From Nodularia phage vB_NspS-kac65v151: 32,000 nucleotides of DNA. The notes under the pieces are model-generated. The model was not told where the DNA came from, did not search any database, and was given only the letters and a program-made list of their open reading frames with translations. Positions 8,054 to 19,900 of the stretch are shown here, piece after piece. Location of the stretch: sequence record MK605242.1; one strand, given 5' to 3'. The first letter of the stretch is position 1. Every line of letters starts with the position of its first letter. The translations under genes were made by a program, and so were the position numbers.

Positions 8054-8749
8054 ATGACAGTAGAAAGAATCAGTCAGAAACGCGCATTTGGTCACGGTGA
8101 CTCAGGTAAGTCCAACTTACTCAATAACGAGCGCATTTACAAGGATGACGACGCTTGTAAAATCAATAGTGCTATAGAACATCTGAATAATCATATTCGC
8201 CTATTTTACAGCCGCTACAGTGTGAAATGTGTAGAGTTAAATACTGTATTAAGTTGGCTCAAAGATAATATCTATCAAATAGGGGGTTTTGCCTTCTATA
8301 AGGGCAATACACATGAGAACCAATCACTTCCTGTTACGGTTTTGGAGTATTTAGAGCGCGCAACTGAGAAGTTTCACGAAGATCCCCAGATTGGTATAGC
8401 GTCTGATTTTGTTGGACATACTTTAGAGAAATATATTTTACTCGATACCATAAGAGTAGCCATCCGTGACTTAGAAATTACATGGGTAAGCTGGAAAGGT
8501 CACAGAATGGTTAATGAATATATCATTGACGAGGTGTTGGTAGAAGACCCAGTTAAAGCTCAACAAATAGCGATCGCTCGTCGCAACTATTCCCAATACT
8601 TGAATCGTCTTAGTTTATTTCTCTGGTTAGCTACCCGTCAGGAGTGCTACTTGTGCGGTGATTATGCTACTCAGGAATATTGGGATCGTGAGAGTAACGG
8701 CGAGAGTAAACCCCACGCTGCTTTGAATACTTTTATGGCTGCTGAGTAA
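8054..8749 (+). CDS. putative PduO-type cob(I)alamin adenosyltransferase-like protein, 231 aa
   Basis: The N-terminal GHGDSGKSNLLNNERIYKDDDACKINSAIEHLNNHI resembles the TxxGDxGxTxLxxGxRxxKDDxxxxxxGxxDELNxxIG pattern. An ELNTVLSWLKDNIYQIGGFAF segment resembles the 'iQ..LF.lGaela' helix. The C-terminal YLNRLSLFLWLATRQE matches the YLNRLSDxLFxLAR motif. The CRRAER motif is not clearly conserved. Confidence 0.5.
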   Translation: MTVERISQKRAFGHGDSGKSNLLNNERIYKDDDACKINSAIEHLNNHIRLFYSRYSVKCVELNTVLSWLKDNIYQIGGFAFYKGNTHENQSLPVTVLEYLERATEKFHEDPQIGIASDFVGHTLEKYILLDTIRVAIRDLEITWVSWKGHRMVNEYIIDEVLVEDPVKAQQIAIARRNYSQYLNRLSLFLWLATRQECYLCGDYATQEYWDRESNGESKPHAALNTFMAAE

Positions 8750-8771
8750 GTAGTAATTACATCCAATTAAA

Positions 8772-8801
8772 AACCACCTGATTTGATCAAATCAGGTGGT
8801 T
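8772..8801. terminator. bidirectional intrinsic terminator
   Basis: Perfect 30-bp palindrome AACCACCTGATTTGATCAAATCAGGTGGTT between the convergent genes 8054..8749 (+) and 8828..9787 (-), flanked by A-rich and T-rich sequence. Confidence 0.85.
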
Positions 8802-8827
8802 CATTTGTTTTAGACCTTATCTACACT

Positions 8828-9787
8828 TTAAGCAGTAACTCTAATTAAACCAGACTTATCTACCCACCAGCCTGGGACTTGGTAATCAATTGGTGCGCCT
8901 GGTTTATAGGTATTCTTAATTTTAGTGGGCGCTGACTTCCCTGCTGATATTTCTGGATGTAGTTTTCTAAATAGCTTGTCTGTCTCACAGAAAGTATTTT
9001 GAATATCCGCCACATTCAGAGGAATATTTAAACCATCTGCTTTAGCATAAGGATATTCCGACAAGTTAACCCATTCTAAAGCTGTTTTCAGTGCATATTC
9101 AGCATAGTCGAAGCTTACTTTACCCCCTGCGCGATGTATTAGCCCTAGCTTGAATGCTCCACGAACAGCACCAACACCTAAAGCATATAAGGGTTGAGTA
9201 TCTTTAAAGCTTTCATGCCACAGCAGATCAAACACTACCTGACTGGCTAGAAAATCCCCAATTCCCTGTATTTTGGTTAGCTGCTCAAATAGCTGTGATC
9301 CTGACCTAATATTGAGTAGTTCACCATCTATATCAAGATTTAGAGATTTAGTTAAAGCTACAGTTCTTTCAGCTATAGCCTTGGCTTTTGGCTCTCCTGG
9401 ATTACCCGGAGGAACCATGTAGGCTGTAGTGTATAGCTTACCTTCACCGGAATATTCACTAATCAACTGTGTAAATTGCTCAGGATTGAAAGTCTTTGTT
9501 TCAGGAAAATAATCTCTACTTTTAAGATATTCCCAGAAATGTATTGTTTTAAAGTGGTCAAATATAAACACTCTAAACAGTAGTTCTTCAGGTAATTGAG
9601 ATCCTTTGTACATCACCTCTTTAAGCTGATACTGTGATATACGATCATAAATTCTCTGAATATTCGTGTATTTTGCAGTTCCTAGTTTTGGCTCTCTGTA
9701 TAGAGGATCGCTCAATTTCTTGAGGAAAGCTGATTGCCGTAAACTCACAAAGTCTGTGTAATCCTTTGTTAATTCTGTTTTAGTCAT
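8828..9787 (-). CDS. alpha-glutamyl/putrescinyl thymine pyrophosphorylase-like / 5-hmdU DNA kinase helical-domain protein
   Basis: KYTNIQRIYDRISQYQLKEVMYKGSQLPEELLFRVFIFDHFKTIHFWEYLKS, YTTAYMVPPGNPG, LTKIQGIGDFLASQVVFDL and GVGAVRGAFKLG match the family pattern (FTNxYRxxDRxSQYLIxxVIY..ELFFRxxLFKxFNxIETWexL ... IYsaAYimp ... iPtiGdFLAyQxxxDL ... GpGarxGixKcF). Confidence 0.75.
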   Translation of the reverse strand: MTKTELTKDYTDFVSLRQSAFLKKLSDPLYREPKLGTAKYTNIQRIYDRISQYQLKEVMYKGSQLPEELLFRVFIFDHFKTIHFWEYLKSRDYFPETKTFNPEQFTQLISEYSGEGKLYTTAYMVPPGNPGEPKAKAIAERTVALTKSLNLDIDGELLNIRSGSQLFEQLTKIQGIGDFLASQVVFDLLWHESFKDTQPLYALGVGAVRGAFKLGLIHRAGGKVSFDYAEYALKTALEWVNLSEYPYAKADGLNIPLNVADIQNTFCETDKLFRKLHPEISAGKSAPTKIKNTYKPGAPIDYQVPGWWVDKSGLIRVTA

Positions 9788-10203
9788 ATCCCTAATTTTA
9801 ATGAGATTAAGAAACCACTAGATACTCTAATCTGGAGATTGCCGTTTCTTATTCACTTGCTACCTACCCGATGCCCTACCTTTGCTTTTATTGTCATCCT
9901 CTTCATCGTCGCCAATATTGTTCACAAAGTCTAAACTTAGCATATACCTAACCTCATCAAAAATATCAATCTTGCAGAAACGAAACAAGTAAAAGCTACT
10001 AGACACAGCAGAATCAGCATTAGAGATTTAATGCTACTTATGTTATTGGTTTGTTGCATAATCTTATCTACCTTGTTTCATCTATATTACTTTTACTGAT
10101 GTGAAATGTCAAATATTTTAGTAATACTGCTATAACAGTGTGCATAACTGCATGGTTATATACCTATCAAATAATGTATGATGAAAAAGGTATACACTAT
10201 TTT

Positions 10204-10812
10204 ATGAAGATGACTACAAAAGTAACATTACGTGGGCGTGAGTATCAGGCAGAACACCTAACAGACATTAACATTCTGCCTATTTTAAATTTGTTCGTTG
10301 GCTCCAATGGTCGAGAACTACCTTATGTCGGTCTTGACATCTCTAAGTTAAGTCAGGAAATGAAAGCTGCTGTCTCCAAACCAATTATGGATAAGCTGAG
10401 TAAGGCATCAGTGTTGGATGACCTAGCACGATCACTTACCGCGATTTTCCCTACACTCCCCCCCGATCTAGTAGCGTACAGCCGGGATAGTTTTACTTTT
10501 AATCTTGAGATTAATGAACTTCGTGATATTGCTTTAGCAGTTGGTGCAGCAATTAACGAGAAAAACAAAGACACCACAGTTACACCAGTATCAGAAACGG
10601 TGACGGCTGAAACACTTACTCAAACCTCGACCGCAACCTATACTCAGCAAGATATTGATGAAAAGCAGGTTAGATTGGTTGATATAAAACAAGAGTTGAC
10701 TATATTGCGAGGATTACCAGATTTCCCTGGACGTAATAGCAGAATTGATAACCTGTCTGAGGAAGAGTTATCCCTGTCAGCATGGCTTGGCAACGCTCAG
10801 AAAGTAGTGTAA
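10204..10812 (+). CDS. hypothetical protein upstream of the tape measure gene; candidate tail assembly protein
   Basis: ORF with a likely start at MKMTTKVTLRGREYQAEHL (10204; the ORF opens at 10138). Its position directly 5' of the tape measure gene suggests a tail role. No diagnostic motif was recognised. Confidence 0.55.
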   Translation: MKMTTKVTLRGREYQAEHLTDINILPILNLFVGSNGRELPYVGLDISKLSQEMKAAVSKPIMDKLSKASVLDDLARSLTAIFPTLPPDLVAYSRDSFTFNLEINELRDIALAVGAAINEKNKDTTVTPVSETVTAETLTQTSTATYTQQDIDEKQVRLVDIKQELTILRGLPDFPGRNSRIDNLSEEELSLSAWLGNAQKVV

Positions 10813-10823
10813 CTACAGACACA

Positions 10824-10853
10824 AAAAACCCACCTAGCTGTCTGGTGGGTTTA
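10824..10853. terminator. possible bidirectional terminator
   Basis: AAAAAACCCACCTAGCTGTCTGGTGGGTTT just downstream of the 10812 stop. Confidence 0.5.
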
Positions 10854-10998
10854 AGTATAAATTGATAGCGGAGTAAGTAAAAGCTAACATATATATATAG
10901 ACGCTCTATTGGACTAATTACCGTTGCGGTTAAAACCTCTTGCGTCGCTTCCCCCTCAATATTAGAGTGATTGAGTTTACTACTTATCAGGCGTTCTT

Positions 10999-13900
10999 AT
11001 GACTATCTCCACTATTGATCACGCGCTCCGTATAATTAGCAATAAAACGGCTGCTGCAGCATTAGAAGTTAATAAAGCTTTTAATCAATTTCCTGAAAAT
11101 TTACAATTATCTTTAGATTATAGTAATAATTCTGATACAGAATCGGCTGAGACATTAGAGCAATCGGCGGGTACACAGCAACCTATTGAAAATAGTCTAT
11201 TAACTTCTAATCCTTTAGCGCAAATTGATTCTACTGAAACCCTACAACCTGAGCAGATACAGTCTGAAACTGTTATCTCCCCTGAAACGCATCTGTTAAA
11301 AGATGCTAATAGGGTGCTGGCAGATTATTCTAGAAGCTCAGACAACACTAAGCCTGACAAACCAGAACAGTTAGTCCAATCTAAGCAAGGTGAGGCAGTT
11401 AATGTATCACTATTTAGTCAGCCGGAACAGTACGAGCTAGCTACAGAAAAAGTGCAACCAACAGCAAATCCTTTACAAGTAGATATAACTGTTAACCCCA
11501 TCAAGGCTGATCAGAAGTTGGATTCTGTAGCTCTAAGTAATGGCTCATTTACCGTTGAACAACTAAGAAATTCTAACCCAACTGAGCGATCACTAGAAAA
11601 TAAAGAAAATTCTCCAAAAGTTGATCCTGATTTAGATACTAAATCTGACGACGTAATAAAAGCAGATAATCAGAAGGGCTATACACCAAATATTTCTCAA
11701 CCTGGGGACAGTGCTTTACCAATAGTAACCAGCACTAATAGTGTCACAGTAAATCAGGACGCTATAGATATCACTACAGTGGGGAAAGCAGGAGGTCTAG
11801 AGCCGCAGCAACTTACTGCTAATACCTTTACAGACTCATTATTACTATCCGAACCCGCAGATTTGAGCAGCAGCACTATTATAGCCGCAACTGATAAAGT
11901 ACCCAACCAAAACATAGCTTTAACCGCAACTAACCCGGCAAACGAACAGGCGGAAACCATCAGTGTATTAGGTGATGCAACTAAGGTAAACCCTGCAAAC
12001 CTATCTGAAAATGTAGCCCAGATAACGACCATAGATAATTCAGGAAACATATCAAATCAGATTACTAACCAGGCTGCAAGCGATCGTACCACTAAGAATG
12101 ATGCATCTGACATTAGCACTATAGGTATAGATGTAGACGAAACAGTCAAAAGCAACCTTAATGGTACTGATATAATATCCCTGACTCCTAGTAGCCGTGG
12201 CGGTGGTGTTACTGGCGGCGATCAACCTATATCTGAAGTACAATCTGGTACTCTTATTAAGTCCGATAATTCAGAGGAATCAGTTGAGAAAGTACAGGGG
12301 GTGTCAACTCCTGGTGCGCTTGCTGCTAACTTAGATGTAACACAGGAGAATCTAAACCTTTCACAGGATCTCAATAAACAAGTTGATACCGCAAGCAGCC
12401 GTGAGAAGTCTACAAATTTAGACGTTGGGCTAGTGACATCAGCTTCGCCACAGTTAGTTACAAGTGCGGATGTTACACAGTTAGTCGCCACAACCCAAGA
12501 GGCTACAGACAAGGGGGACGCACAGCCTGATCAGTTAAATTACTATTGGACTACTACCAATGTTGATGTAAAACAGCAGGGTAGTCAACCATCTCCAATC
12601 AGAAGCTCTCCTTTACCTACGGATAGTTCATCTCTAAGTCCCAACCCATATCTAGCGCCTGGATTCGCAATTGATGGTATAGAGTACACTACTACTACTA
12701 CTGACCAGTTGGGTGCGGTAGAGCAGCCTGATCAAACCTATGTAGGTAGTCCTACTATATACAACCAGACTGAGCGTGTCATTAATGAAGACAGCACAGC
12801 ACTCAATAATCGAGAGATATCTACTTATGAAGATAACAAATCTGTAGAAAGGCAAAAACTTGATACAGGGTTGGGTGCTGAGTCATTTAGTGCTGAAAAT
12901 AGCAGCAACACACAGTCATTCACAGATGACGCAGTGCTAGTTAGGGGTACAGTTATTATTCCCGGTAGTGACCTAAACGCTGCAGCTAATACGTATTTTG
13001 GTGCATCACAAACATCTGAATCTACATCACAATCTCTGACCACAGACGCTACTATCAAACAGTCAAAAACCGCAGATGACCTCACACCTGCAAGTAACTT
13101 AGGCAGCTTTAACACAGCAGCAGGTGATAGCACTGAAGGTTTAGTAAATACTCTACTTACAACCAGCCAGTCTGAGAATTATACTACATCTCAGAAATTA
13201 ACAAGTGACTCAGGTATAAGTAGTAGTTCTGACGATCAGATGTTAACCAGCACAGATACTAATAGCTCAAGCACAGTTTCAACATCACTTGCGACCAGCC
13301 AAATAGTTACTGACGGTGCTGGTACTGATTACTTCCCTAATCTCTCACCAAGCGATCAAGCTGGTGTTAGTAATGTTGAGCAGGTTAACCTCTCTCAAAT
13401 AGTGGCTGAAGTAGCTAGTGTCTCTCTTCCTAATACCACACCTAATATTGGTGAAAGTAATAGCCCAGATTATAAAACAACTTTACCTGGGCTGACTAAG
13501 ATATCTAATCAGTTCGGTCAAGAGGTTTATAACACTACGCCCTTATTTAGTGACCTAAGCACATCAGATTTTCTACAGACCAGAGGGTATGCTTTTGGTG
13601 GTAAAGTTCTACCACCAATTTCTAACTCTGGGAGTAAACCTGTTGCTCCCAGTGATACTGTTCCAGCAATGCTTACCCCTGGTGAGTTTGTGGTTAATGC
13701 TAAGGATGCACAGAAAAACTTACCACTGCTGCAACTACTCAATGAAGGTAAAAGCGTTGAAGAAGTCGTAGGTGCTGAAGAAAGGACTAAGGTAAGTCAG
13801 TCTAAGCCTGATACATCTCGCGTTCTCAAACCTACAGATTCAGCGTTCTCAGCCGAATCTGTAAAAGTCCCCGTAATGTTGACTCCTGGTGAGTTCGTAA

Positions 13901-16900
13901 TTAACTCAGAAGCAACACAGGAAAACTTAAACCTTTTACAGAATCTTAATAAAGGTAGTGATGTCACAAACAACAGTGAACAACTTACCAATTTAGAAGT
14001 CGGAAAAGCGATCGCTCCGCCGCAACCCACAGTAAGTAGAGAAACTGTACAGCAACCAACTACAGGTGAGAAAACATTACAACTTGACTCAGCAAAGACT
14101 AAGGAAACCGTTAGTACATCTAAACCACAAGAAAACCAACCCAAGTCAGTTGACATCACCACACTGCCTGTAGACAATGCAGCTTTAAATTCTGACCCCA
14201 ACCAAGTACAGGGTTATGCTTCTGGTGGTTTAGTTACTCCCTCGTCTGGTGGTACAGGTTCACCACCTCCTCCCCCACCTCCCACTACTGGTGGAACCCC
14301 TAATCAACCTGGAGGCTTTGATCCACAGCAGATTCTTAGATTAGCTCAATTTACAAAACAGGCTTACGCTGAAGCAGAAGCTTTAACTAGAGCATTGGGT
14401 GTACAGGCTAATACTGTGCAAAAAGCTCTTATAGCTATGAAAGCCTTGACTGCTGCTGGGGCTGATTACACTACTCAAGTAGATTTTTTGCGTAAGGCTC
14501 TAGGTATTACGCAATCACAGTTTGATACACTAACAGCTAAACAGGAAGAGTACGCAGAAGCGCAGAAACAGGTTGAACTAAACTCTCCACAAAGAGCCAG
14601 TAAAGTAGCATCATTGGCAAAGTCCACTGGTCAGACTTTTCAAGAGGCAGATGATCTTAGTGTTGATTTACAACTACCACCAGAAGTAATTGAAAAAGCA
14701 GTCCAATCTGTCGATAAACTGAAAAAGTCAGGGGCTGACGTTAACGAACAATTCCAGCTTCTCAATGATACTCTTGGGATTAATTTATCTCAGTTCGAGG
14801 AGATAGATAGAGTTCAGACTGAGGCTGAATTTAGGAGAATACAATCTGCTGAGGCTATAAAAAGAGCTAAAGAAGCTGCCCTAGCCATTGCCAAGGAAGA
14901 ACAGGAACTTGCCAGAAGACCAGCACAAACGCTTAAACTTGCACAGGCGACCAAGCAGCCGTTCCAAGAAGCTGAACGATTTTCTCAGTCAGTCGGGTTG
15001 AATCCAGCTACTATCCTTGAAGCCTTAAATGCAATAAAGCAGTTACAACAGGCTGGGGCTAGTTTAATTGAGCAACAATCATTCTTAAATACTACTCTTG
15101 GGATAACAGACACACAATTCCAAGAGTTAATTGCTACCCAAGGCAGTTACACCGAAGATCAGAGAGCATTAGCAGAACAGACAGCTAGTGACGCACAAGC
15201 GATCGCCCAACAGCAGCAAGCCGAAAAAGAACGAATAAATGCTGCTAAAGCAGCACAACAAAAGAATAGCGCAACTATATCACTAGCATCTTCCACAGGT
15301 TTAACTTTTGATGAAGCTGCACAGAAATCGCAGTCTATTGGACTAGATCCAGCAGCAATACAGCAAGGTTTGGTAGTTATAGATCAGTTGAATGCTGTGA
15401 ATGCTGACGCTGCTACCCAATATCAGGTATTAAGCTCTAGTATTGACCTAACAGAAGACCAGTTTGCAGAATTGCAACAGCTTCAACAGGAATTAGCATC
15501 TCAGTCATCTGGTGATGGTGGTGGGTTCCTTGGTAGCCTAAGAGATAGTGCTAAGGGTGTCTTTGATGGCGTATCTAAAATAGGGTTTGCTTTTCAGGGT
15601 GTTCAAGCAATAGTTGCAACGTTCAGAGCGCAATTATCCGGTGCTTATGATAAGTTAGTTCAGCAAAATGTCACTTTACAAGAGCAGTTACTAGGTACAC
15701 AAGCGAGTTTAGCCGCTACTAACAGAGTAATTGCTAACGGTCTAGAAATTAAAGATCCAACCAAAGCAATCCAAGCATTAGAAAAGCCGCTTGCAGATGC
15801 GATCGCTCGTCTTCGAGAATCTTCACTCGACCTTGTAGGCGTTACTAGTGCGGATTTAATACCTATATTCCAATTTATAGCTCAGGAATCCACAAATATA
15901 GGGGCTAGTCTAAGTGAAAGCTCAGACTTAACAGTGTCTTTCGCAGCAGCAATGGGGACTCTTAAAATACCACTTTTTCAGGCACGTCAGGAGATTTTGA
16001 GTATCCTGCAAGGTCAAATCATCATGGATTCTCAGTTGGCTAAAAACATTGGTTTGAACAATGAAATGGTCAACAAGTGGAAAGCCCAAGGTGTGCTTGT
16101 TGAAAGATTAAATGAAAGATTAGCAGCATTCGCATCGGGTAATAAATTAGCAGCGCAAACTATTGATGGTATCGGCTCCAACATTCAGGAAATTCTAGAT
16201 GAGGTTACAAGATTAGCGGGTGAACCGTTACTAGACCCAATAGTTAAGCAGTTGGGTTTACTCTATGATTTCCTCAAAGATAATAAGGAGGAACTGGCGG
16301 CTGTAATCAGTGACGCTATTAACTTTTTCCTTACAGTTGGAGATAGTCTAGCCTTAGTAATCGAAGGATTAAAACCTGTATTTGAGTCATTAGCGTCAAT
16401 TGGGTTAGATACTTTTTCTGCTGCTGGTCAGTTGGCAGCATCTGTAATCAACTCACTAATAGCTGTTTTAGTAGCTATGACACCTGTGCTTGCTTCACTG
16501 CTGGGGATCATTTTGCCAGTAATAGAAGCACTTGCAGAATTCGCAGCTACGGATGTAGGTCAGATACTTTTGCAGGTTGTTCTTTCAGTCACATTACTCA
16601 GTAACTCCCTAGTCGTCTTTAAAGTTACCTTAGTTGCTGCAAACGTAGTCCTTACACTCTTCACTACTGCTCTAGCAGCAAGTGGTGGTGGTTTGGTTGG
16701 CTTTCTTGTTGCTTTAACTAAAGTTTATCCTGGATTAGCACTATTTACGGCTATGGTCGCTAAGGCGGGTGGTAGTATCGTTGGATTCACAGCAGCTTTA
16801 GGGGCATCTTTACTGCCGATAGTTGCTGCTGCTGCTCCGTTTGTCGGGCTTGCTGTCGCCGTGGGTTCAGTTCTTGCCTTGATATCTGCTGGTATGGCGG

Positions 16901-19900
16901 AGGATAAGCAGAGAGCAATAAATGAGTATGGTAAACAGTTCAACACTGTAGCTGATAACGCGCTCAAGACTTCACAAGCGCTTAAGGACCTCAACGATAC
17001 AGAAAAGATAACTGGTAAACTGACTGAGGAAGAGACTAAGAAACGCGATCAACTAAGGAAAGTTGCTGGTAATCAAGTTGAGTTGATCAAGGCTCAGGTA
17101 GATGAACTTAAAAAATTCAACCAAGCCAACCCCAATAATCAGACTAAGGTTCAGATATCTTTAGCCGAGCGTTATATAAAAACGCTCGAAAATCAGTCAG
17201 GTGCTACCAAAACCACAGCTAAAGATGTTGAGGACTTGGGCAACTCTTATGAGCAAATGGGTAACTTAGCACGAGATGCTCAAACCAAACTTAATTACGA
17301 CGGATTATCAAACGCCCCGGCTGCAACCACGGCTGACTACCAAAAAGCGGCTGATGATCTACTTAAAATTACAGCTAAAGCCTACGAATTGGGGCAGTTA
17401 GCAGCTACAAACTCGGCTGAAATCGGCAAGCGATCATCGGAAATAGCGATCACCCTTCTAGAACAAATCCGAGATGATACAAAGCTGACATATGAGACAC
17501 AACTCGCAGCACAGCAAGAGATTACCAAAGTCAGACAGATTGAGGTTGATAAGCAGGTAGCTGGTGTTGAGATACAACAGTCTAAAATTCAGTCTTTAAT
17601 ATCAGGTGAAGTTGTTTCTCAGCAAGAAGGTCAACGTAGAATTTCGCTTGAGAAGGAGAAGCAGCTAAATATCCAAACCGAAGCATTACGGAAGCAACTA
17701 GCTGAGGAAATAGAATTGCGCCGTAGATTGGTAGAAGGTAACTCTCAGGAAACTAAAGAGAGTATTACACGTATTCAGTCTGAAATTGCAACCATAGAAG
17801 CCAAAGGGACTGACGATAAATTATCTGAGCAAGACAGGGCAAACAAACTGAGGTTACAGTCTGAACTTAACTATTTGCAAGAAGTAGCCAAGCAAAAGAG
17901 CTTAGTTGAGGATGTTGATAAAGAACTCATTGACAATGAGAAAAAACGTGCTGAAATCACCAAAAAGATACGGGATGATGAAGCCGCAGGTAAGAAAGCT
18001 AACCCGGATGACGTTTCTGAAGCTAGACGTTTACAGGCTGTAACCGATCAGTTAAATGCTAAAAAAGAATCAGCACAAGCCAGTCTGAAAGAGGAGACAA
18101 AATCACAGACTGACATTAAAAATAATATCTCCAAAAACGAAGCTGCTATTGCATCCGAACAGAAAGCGAGGCTAGATGCTAGTAGACAAGAACGCTTAAA
18201 AGACTATGATGAGCAGTTGCAAGAAACTGACTCACTTTACAGTCGTTATCTAATTACTCAGGAAGAATTTAATTTAAAATCCCGTGATTTAGCCGTTGCC
18301 AAAGCTAAGGATGAACTTAATCAACTGAGTGAACTAGCTAAAACCACCACAGACAAGGAAGGACTAGAAGTGATTGGTGCTAGACAGTCTGTTCTGTTCA
18401 AGGAGATAGAAGACATTGAGGAGAAATATTTAGCTGACAGGGCAAAAAACAAGCAAACGTTCCTTGATGTCGAACTTAAGCAACTAGAGGCGAACTATGC
18501 TGAGGGTAATGTTTCTACAGCAGAGTATAATGATCAGTCTTTTGAGCTTGCCCGGGAAAGGACTACTAATGAAATAGCCGAGATTAATCGTATTCGGGCT
18601 TATACTAGGTCAGATGATGCAGTTAGGCTCGCTGAACTTGATGCAAGAGAAGCAGAGGTGCGATCACGGTTCCAGGCTAGTCAAGAAAAGCTTCGCCAAG
18701 AGCAAGTATCACAGCTAGAACTGGCTCAGAAGGAATCCTTACAAGTAGTCAAAGAATCTGAGATCGAGCGCTTAACCACTATAAGTCAGTTGGAGTCAGA
18801 CTTAGCCATTAAACGTGAGGAAGCTGACGTACTAAAAGGTGAGGCTGCAAGAGAGACGGCTGAGGCTGAAATCGAACTTGAGAAAGAGAAATTAGACCAG
18901 CTTGAGGCGCTACAACCTCTAGATAATGAGCAGATGGAGCGTGAGCGTTTACTCAACCTCGCTGGATTACGTTTATCTATTGCACAGCGTACTAAGTCAT
19001 TAATTGATGATGAGGTGCAGCAGCGTGAACGTTTATATAACGTCATTGCTGACAGGCTAAGTAAAGAACAGAAGCAACTTCAGAATATTGCTACTGAAAA
19101 ACAGCAAGCAATTCAAAAGGAGACACAGTTACAAAGCTTCCTTAAAACCTCGCTAGACCAGCAAAACCAGTTACTCAACGCTAGAAAGGACTTAGTTAGT
19201 AGTACCCAAAACTTCCTTACTGGTCAATTAAGTATCTTAAGTCAGACTACTAAGAATAGCCGTGAACAAAAAGCCATAGCGGAGGCTGAGGCTCAAATCA
19301 GATTAAACTCAGTTCAGTCCCAGTTTGAGACAGAAAGATTATTACTTGATCTTAAGATCCAGCAGCGCGATTTGGCTTTAGAACAGCAGAAGATACAACT
19401 AGAATCTCAAGCCATAGCCGCTCAAGCTGAGGGGAAACAAGCTGAGATAGAGTTGAGAAAACTGGAGGCTAGAAGGAAGCAAGGGCTGAGGGTAAGCGAC
19501 GATGAGTTTGAAATTGCGAGATTAAATATTGAAGGTAATCAAATAAAACAATCGGGTATTGCACAACAACAAGTCGGACTGGAAAGACAGGGGCAAATTA
19601 ATCAAGTTCTAGATCAACAAGAATTACTCAAGTTAAACCGTGAGGAGGTGCTGGCAAGTGACAAAGCTAGGTTAGATTTAGCTAATAACAGAGTTAGGCG
19701 ATCTGATAGGCGGAGGGATATCCGTGAGTTGAGAGAGGATATTGGCGAAAGGTTGGATGTAGAGAACTTATCTGGTGAGGGTATCTCTAGAAAGAAAATT
19801 GTGGCATTAGGGAGGAATTTTGACCCCGGCAGATTGCAGTTGCCGAGGCTACTAGATGGTAATGGGACTAATCAGCAAGATACCGGGAGGAGGCAAGAGG

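Noticed and set aside
10138-10998. Programmed -1 frameshift typical of tail assembly chaperone genes upstream of a tape measure
   Set aside because: Runs such as GAGAAAAACAAA do not form a convincing in-frame X XXY YYZ slippery heptamer, and no overlapping downstream frame was identified. A terminator-like hairpin follows the ORF instead.
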